Of a stretch of 64,000 nucleotides of DNA, positions 59,374 to 64,000 are shown piece by piece. Made by a program: the position numbers and the translations under genes. Source of the stretch: a virus. The stretch covers positions 1 to 64,000 of IMG/VR virus record IMGVR_UViG_3300022602_000003, one strand, 5' to 3'. The notes under the pieces were generated by a model. That model searched no databases, was not told the origin of the DNA, and saw only the letters and a program-made list of their open reading frames with translations. The stretch's first letter is position 1. Every line of letters begins with the position of its first letter.

Positions 59374-59582
59374 TACCGTGGTTCTACGGTCGGGCCCTGA
59401 GTTTTTTGCGGCATGTTTGCTCGAGCATGTCCAGTATCAGGACCGAGATTTCCGCGTCTAAAGTTTTGAACAATCGGCTTAGCAGGATTTGTTGACAAGT
59501 CAATTTTGTCCACATTAGGGTGCTGCGGAATAGATGCTTGCTGGGCAAAGCGACCTGAATCTTTTTCACGTACTTTACTCAT
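59373..59582 (-). CDS. hypothetical protein with a degenerate tag-like N-terminus (REKDSGRF)
   Basis: TAATG-coupled ORF. Confidence 0.55.
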   Translation of the reverse strand: MSKVREKDSGRFAQQASIPQHPNVDKIDLSTNPAKPIVQNFRRGNLGPDTGHARANMPQKTQGPTVEPR

Positions 59583-59803
59583 TATTGTGCTTGCTTTCTG
59601 CGAGCTTGTTCTTTCTTCATTGCTTCAATTTCTTCTGGCGAAAAAGTAATCATGTCCGGCACTCGCATTGCAATTCCACCGTTTGGAATATCCTTAACAC
59701 TTTGCCGTGCATTGTTGTACTGCGTCTCTTCTTCTGGACTTAAGCCGTCAGGCTTTTTTCCAAGAATTGCGTACGCTTTAAGGTCTTCACTCATCTGTTC
59801 CAT
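59582..59803 (-). CDS. small protein coupled downstream of the Zeta-like kinase
   Basis: ATG 59803 overlaps the TAA of the kinase gene. Confidence 0.6.
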   Translation of the reverse strand: MEQMSEDLKAYAILGKKPDGLSPEEETQYNNARQSVKDIPNGGIAMRVPDMITFSPEEIEAMKKEQARRKQAQ

Positions 59804-60822
59804 TATTTTTGATTCCTTGTTATGATTTCTTGTGCTTTCAAATTCATCCAATCCGGACCTTTTGGCGCATTGCTTTCTGATGCTTTTGCTAAGAATTCAT
59901 TGTACGCTTGCTGGTCCAGTATTTGGAGCCCACCTTGTTTAGTTCCTTGAGCAATAACTTCTCCGCCTCGTCCACTATCAATCACACGAACTGAGTCAAA
60001 AAGATTACTTGCAATTGCTTGAGGAAATACAGTAGAAACTCCAATGTGCGACATACGAAGCTGGTCTTCAGGTATGTAACGTCCATTACCTTTAGGACCA
60101 CCGTCAATTCCACCGCGAATCATCATTCGACCTACTGCTTCGTCGGTCGGACAAGTCACGTAAGTTCCAACAACATTGTACCCAAGTGACTGAGCGGCTT
60201 GCACGTTGTTTGTAAGTTTTCCAATACTGCTATCGCCTGTACCGTCAAACACAACGTTTTGTCCGTTTTGAAGCGCTTCGGCAAAAACTTCTTTTGATAA
60301 CATTGAAGATTCTTCGTGCACGGCGTTTGCGATTTCTGGGTCTTTTGCTTCGACGCCAGGCAAGTACTCTGGAATCAAGTCTTTAATCACGTCGGCATTT
60401 ACAAGTACAGCATCAGTTTTTACAAGTTCAGGCTTACCGTCTGCGCCTGTTCGTTCAGTTTGCGGAATTCCCATTTCTGGGTTATTTACCGCAGTTGATT
60501 TACCAGCCGCTGGTCCACCACCGAGCATGTGAAGTGTTGGATTTGCCGAGACTGGAACTCCACTTAAAAAATGCGCTTTAATTTGGTCGTGCAATGCTTG
60601 GCGTTCCGCATCAAGTTTAAAGCCACCTTTACCGTCAGAAACAAGGTGCTTAAACATTGGCTCATCAGGACGGTAATCGTGTCCTTTGTATGAGCGAAGA
60701 GTTTTGTTGTCGGACTCACCGCCGTCACCAGAACCAAATCTTCCATGCGAGTCACGAGGTTGGTCAGGATTGTACTTTAATACAGTACCAATCTTTACGT
60801 ATGACTTACCTAACTCACGCAT
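59803..60822 (-). CDS. Zeta-toxin-like P-loop kinase with an N-terminal KYNPDQPRDSHGRF tag
   Basis: GGGPAAGKST, NADVIK, HEESS, VVFDGT and GRYIPE motifs. Confidence 0.85.
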   Translation of the reverse strand: MRELGKSYVKIGTVLKYNPDQPRDSHGRFGSGDGGESDNKTLRSYKGHDYRPDEPMFKHLVSDGKGGFKLDAERQALHDQIKAHFLSGVPVSANPTLHMLGGGPAAGKSTAVNNPEMGIPQTERTGADGKPELVKTDAVLVNADVIKDLIPEYLPGVEAKDPEIANAVHEESSMLSKEVFAEALQNGQNVVFDGTGDSSIGKLTNNVQAAQSLGYNVVGTYVTCPTDEAVGRMMIRGGIDGGPKGNGRYIPEDQLRMSHIGVSTVFPQAIASNLFDSVRVIDSGRGGEVIAQGTKQGGLQILDQQAYNEFLAKASESNAPKGPDWMNLKAQEIITRNQK

Positions 60823-60837
60823 ATATCTATTATACTT

Positions 60838-62553
60838 TTATTTCTTGTTTTTCGTAAGAAGAACTTCAAGATAGTTATCAAATGCAATTTGCGCTTCAAG
60901 AGCTGCTGCTTTGTAGTCTTGACGGTCTTGACCGAGCGCAAGTCTTTGCACTCCAGCCTTATCGTTCCAAGCATTTACAACATTAAGTAAGTCGCGAATT
61001 CCTAAATCAACTTTGATTGCTGGCAAAGGTGAGTCCATTCCAGCATACGCCGCCCAGCGATGGTGACCGTCAAGAACATAACCGTCGTTTGACATAATGA
61101 TTCGACCAGAGTCTGGCGCCATTTCTGGGTTGCCGTTTTTAGCAAGTTCTCGTTCCATTACTTGAGCAGACTTATCAGCAGAGATTTCGTTTTGAACTGG
61201 CTTTAAGTTGAACGGGTCCACCGTCAAGCGTTGTATTCCAATGCCCTTCTTCTCTAATTCGGCAAGAAACTCTGGTTTCATATTGCTTGGTACTTGAGGC
61301 ATGTCTGCTCGTGAAATTCCAAGGTTTGGCTTATCAAAAAGAGGAGCACCGATAACGTGAAGATTAGTTAAGTCCGCATTTTTTGATTGCGTTAATGCGT
61401 GTTCAAGAAGCGGACGTAATTGTTCTCTGTTAATCGTTACATCTTGACCGTTAGCAAGTTTTTCGTAGTTTTCGCTTGGCGTACCGCTACCACTTCCTGA
61501 AGCAAATCTACCGTGGTCATCTCTAGGTTGGTCAGGGCTATATTTTAGAATTGTGCCAATTTTTATAGATGAATTTTTATTAAGTGCTTGAAGTTTATCA
61601 AATGGCGGTATTAAGTTATCTGGAGGCAAGACACGCACCGAGACTAAAGTTTGAATTTTTGAATACTCGTTAGGCGCATAGATATGGTCTACAGAAGTGA
61701 CAACCATTTTTAGTCCGCGTCCAAGTAGTAATTCATCTTCGTTTTCTGAATTAACTAATGAACTACGTGAATACGCACTTGTTGGTCGGTAAAGCGCTGG
61801 CACGCCTTCAGGAATTGTTAGCAATAACTCTGTGCTGTGAAGACTTTCTTCTGGAAGTTTCTCAAATGCAGAAAGTTTTGTGGCGCCAATTAAGTCTTTT
61901 TCTCTATTACCGTCAGGTGTGGTGAATGCACCTCTATAAGAAAGTCGAGCATTTAGCGTTGTTGACTGATATGCCGGGTCAGTAATGATTTGCCCAACTT
62001 TTAAGTCATTGACACTTACGGTTTTACCGTTTTCGTCCATTACTTTTCTGCTAATTACTCTTGAAGCATAATAAGTTTTATCAGTTGGCGCGGAAGCTAG
62101 CTTTTCATCAAGAGCTTTGATTGTGTCAATTGCTTGCTGTTTTGTGTATGTTCCTTGCCATAGATTTCCAATTTCTCCGGTTTTGTCGAAACTTTTTTCG
62201 TCGCCGTATCGAAGCCATTGATTAAGTATGTCGTTTCCAATTGTTATGTATTTAGAGATTTCTCCGTTGTAATCGCTTGTAGCCCAAGCTTTGTTGGCTC
62301 TAGCGTCAACGTGCGATTGTCTAATCAGTGCCCCACGATTTTCAACTATTTTTGAATATCTTTCGGCACTTGGCTCTTCGCTTGCATTTTTAACCCATTG
62401 ATTATCATGAGAATCTTCATTACTTCCAAAACGACCGTGCGAATCTCTAGGTTGGTCTGGATTGTACTTTACAACCGTGCCAATTTTTATAGATGAATTT
62501 TTATCGAGCGCCACTGTCGTAGTCGCTCTCCCACGACGGTTTACCGTTGGCAA
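60838..62553 (-). CDS. two-unit polyprotein: VIP2-like ADP-ribosyltransferase plus ParB-like domain, each tagged (start may be GTG 62514)
   Basis: LNQWLR, SR, YQSTT and EDELLL (R-S-E pattern); YVLDGHHRWAA. Confidence 0.8.
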   Translation of the reverse strand: MPTVNRRGRATTTVALDKNSSIKIGTVVKYNPDQPRDSHGRFGSNEDSHDNQWVKNASEEPSAERYSKIVENRGALIRQSHVDARANKAWATSDYNGEISKYITIGNDILNQWLRYGDEKSFDKTGEIGNLWQGTYTKQQAIDTIKALDEKLASAPTDKTYYASRVISRKVMDENGKTVSVNDLKVGQIITDPAYQSTTLNARLSYRGAFTTPDGNREKDLIGATKLSAFEKLPEESLHSTELLLTIPEGVPALYRPTSAYSRSSLVNSENEDELLLGRGLKMVVTSVDHIYAPNEYSKIQTLVSVRVLPPDNLIPPFDKLQALNKNSSIKIGTILKYSPDQPRDDHGRFASGSGSGTPSENYEKLANGQDVTINREQLRPLLEHALTQSKNADLTNLHVIGAPLFDKPNLGISRADMPQVPSNMKPEFLAELEKKGIGIQRLTVDPFNLKPVQNEISADKSAQVMERELAKNGNPEMAPDSGRIIMSNDGYVLDGHHRWAAYAGMDSPLPAIKVDLGIRDLLNVVNAWNDKAGVQRLALGQDRQDYKAAALEAQIAFDNYLEVLLTKNKK

Positions 62554-62722
62554 GTCGCTTTTCGTTGGCTTGCTCGCGCATTTTGGTCATGGTTTCGTTA
62601 AATATTTCACGAAGTTTACGAGATGGAAGAACTCCAAGCTCAGCGGCAAGAGCATTGAACTCGGTCTGTGCCGTGCGCTCGACACGGAGCGAAACAACAA
62701 CGGAATTTTCTCGAGTTCTCAT
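62501..62722 (-). CDS. ribbon-helix-helix-like DNA-binding protein
   Basis: VVVSLRV strand followed by two helices with S..LR; TAAAAT 6 nt upstream of the ATG. Confidence 0.55.
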   Translation of the reverse strand: MRTRENSVVVSLRVERTAQTEFNALAAELGVLPSRKLREIFNETMTKMREQANEKRLANGKPSWESDYDSGAR

Positions 62723-62731
62723 AGTCTTATT

Positions 62732-63121
62732 TTATTTCATAGCACGGTTTACAATATTACGCGCTTTATTTTGAAGCTTTTGCTCCGCAAGATTGCGAGC
62801 CGCTGCTTTTTTCGAATGCACGAATTTGCCACCGTGTTTATAGCAAACTTTAAGACCTGGCGTTGGAAATCTACGGCACCAACTGTCAATTTTGTTCTGA
62901 CGACTTTGGCACCGTCCAGGGTTTTCAATTTCTGCTAAGCGTTTACGCTCTGCTTCTTCTTGAGGAGTACGGTCTTTGACTTTTGGAAATCGCCGTGGCA
63001 TTCCAGGCTCAATGTACATTCCTTCTCGAGGCCACGGTGTTGGAATCAACTCACTCGTATGACCGAGATAAGAGCGATTCGGGTTTCCCTTGGCGTCAAT
63101 GGGAAGACGAGTTTCTTCCAT
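62732..63121 (-). CDS. HGGxSTG-like (TerS N-terminal-like) zinc-binding protein
   Basis: RC.......WC...P..G..VCYKHGG motif. Confidence 0.6.
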   Translation of the reverse strand: MEETRLPIDAKGNPNRSYLGHTSELIPTPWPREGMYIEPGMPRRFPKVKDRTPQEEAERKRLAEIENPGRCQSRQNKIDSWCRRFPTPGLKVCYKHGGKFVHSKKAAARNLAEQKLQNKARNIVNRAMK

Positions 63122-63127
63122 ATTTAA

Positions 63128-63700
63128 TTACTTAAATTGAAATGACTTTTCTGCTTGACTTGCATCAAAGCTAGCATTTGCCGCTGCATCCGTCGCATCT
63201 TGTGCTTGGCTCGCATCTTGCTCACCCCACGAAGCAAAAACTTCATCTTCACTTCCAGTAGATTTAGATGCTTGTGTCGCCCAATCAGCCGCATTTTCAT
63301 GCAACGCAGCAGCATTTTCATGCTCACTTGCTAAAGTATAGTATGCTTCAGCTTTTTTCGAGTCTCCAGCATCTTCTGCTTTTACACCAAGATTACTTAA
63401 TTCTTTTGCGCGGCCTTCATGCATTTGCTGAAGTTCACTGTGTCTTTCCGCAATACTTTTAAACGTTTCGCCTTGCGTGTACATATCTCTGATACCACTG
63501 GCCATTCGAGAAGCTTTTTCGTGGTCAAACGAACTGCTTTCACTTCCGCCACCACTTGTCCACCGTCCACGCTCGTCACGTTCTTCTTCTTTAATAATGT
63601 TAGGCCCACGCAATTTTTCAAGTTGTTCTTGAGCCGCTAGACCTTGAGCTCCGCCTTGCAAAGCGAGTTCAGCTAAATAATTTTCGTACTCTTTGTTCAT
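63128..63700 (-). CDS. helical protein carrying a KEEERDERGRW tag
   Basis: Tag at 63560-63592; Ala/His-rich helical remainder. Confidence 0.7.
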   Translation of the reverse strand: MNKEYENYLAELALQGGAQGLAAQEQLEKLRGPNIIKEEERDERGRWTSGGGSESSSFDHEKASRMASGIRDMYTQGETFKSIAERHSELQQMHEGRAKELSNLGVKAEDAGDSKKAEAYYTLASEHENAAALHENAADWATQASKSTGSEDEVFASWGEQDASQAQDATDAAANASFDASQAEKSFQFK

Positions 63701-63999
63701 TAAAAGCCCCAGCTTCCTCGACCGCCGCCACCGCTACCGCCGAGGCCGCTAACAAGTTGACCAGCATGCGCATAAACATCTGCCGCGTTAGCAAAATCTT
63801 TACCACCAGAAAAATCAACTCCGGCGCGTAGACCAACACTTGCATAATGACCTAAAGCAGTTTTTGTTCCTCCTTCATCTCCAGCCTGATTCATTACATC
63901 ATTAATGGCTGAAGTTAAAGTACTTTTTTCGTCTTCCGTAAGCGAACCATAATCGCGATTTTTGATTTTTTCTGCAAGCGCATTTTCATCGCTGTATCT
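63700..63999 (-). CDS. 3' part of a gene running off the window edge
   Basis: Frame is open from the edge (RYSDENALAEKIKNRD...) to the TAA at 63700. Confidence 0.6.
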   Translation of the reverse strand, partial: RYSDENALAEKIKNRDYGSLTEDEKSTLTSAINDVMNQAGDEGGTKTALGHYASVGLRAGVDFSGGKDFANAADVYAHAGQLVSGLGGSGGGGRGSWGF

Positions 64000-64000
64000 T

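Overview
The window is a partial genome of a tailed dsDNA phage with a siphovirus-like tail, cut inside genes at both edges. The host is probably an Actinomycetota member, given two WhiB proteins, an MSMEG_6728-like glycosylase and candidate leaderless genes. Layout: 1-40.3 kb (-) is the virion and packaging module (tail fibres, lysis, minor tail, tape measure, major tail, head-tail, capsid, prohead protease, portal fusion, terminase). 40.3-50.3 kb (-) holds small early-type genes, repeated sigma70-type promoters and a serine recombinase. 50.8-59 kb (+) holds WhiB, small Cys-rich genes and a primase-polymerase/helicase. 59-64 kb (-) is a second late-type block. The main discovery is a short peptide tag, K|Y-x-x-[DE]-[QE]-[PES]-R-D-x-[HR]-G-R-[FW], present 11 times in five genes at two loci. 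Each copy directly follows a hydrophobic-x-Lys site of the kind that also recurs in the protease/scaffold protein. Ten of the eleven copies head a discrete enzyme-like unit: 3 GNAT-like, 1 zincin, 3 DUF3626/ART-like, 1 Zeta-like kinase, 1 VIP2-like ART and 1 ParB-like. The inferred system is a set of tagged, protease-processed capsid-cargo polyproteins. Other signals are five genes that appear to start at CTG in a shared GAG-N-TTT(T)-CTG context, a likely +1 frameshift in the tail chaperone, an anti-SD hairpin, a peptide resembling an RNR C-terminal tail, and apparent absence of GATC. All family assignments come from motif recognition by eye; no searches were run.
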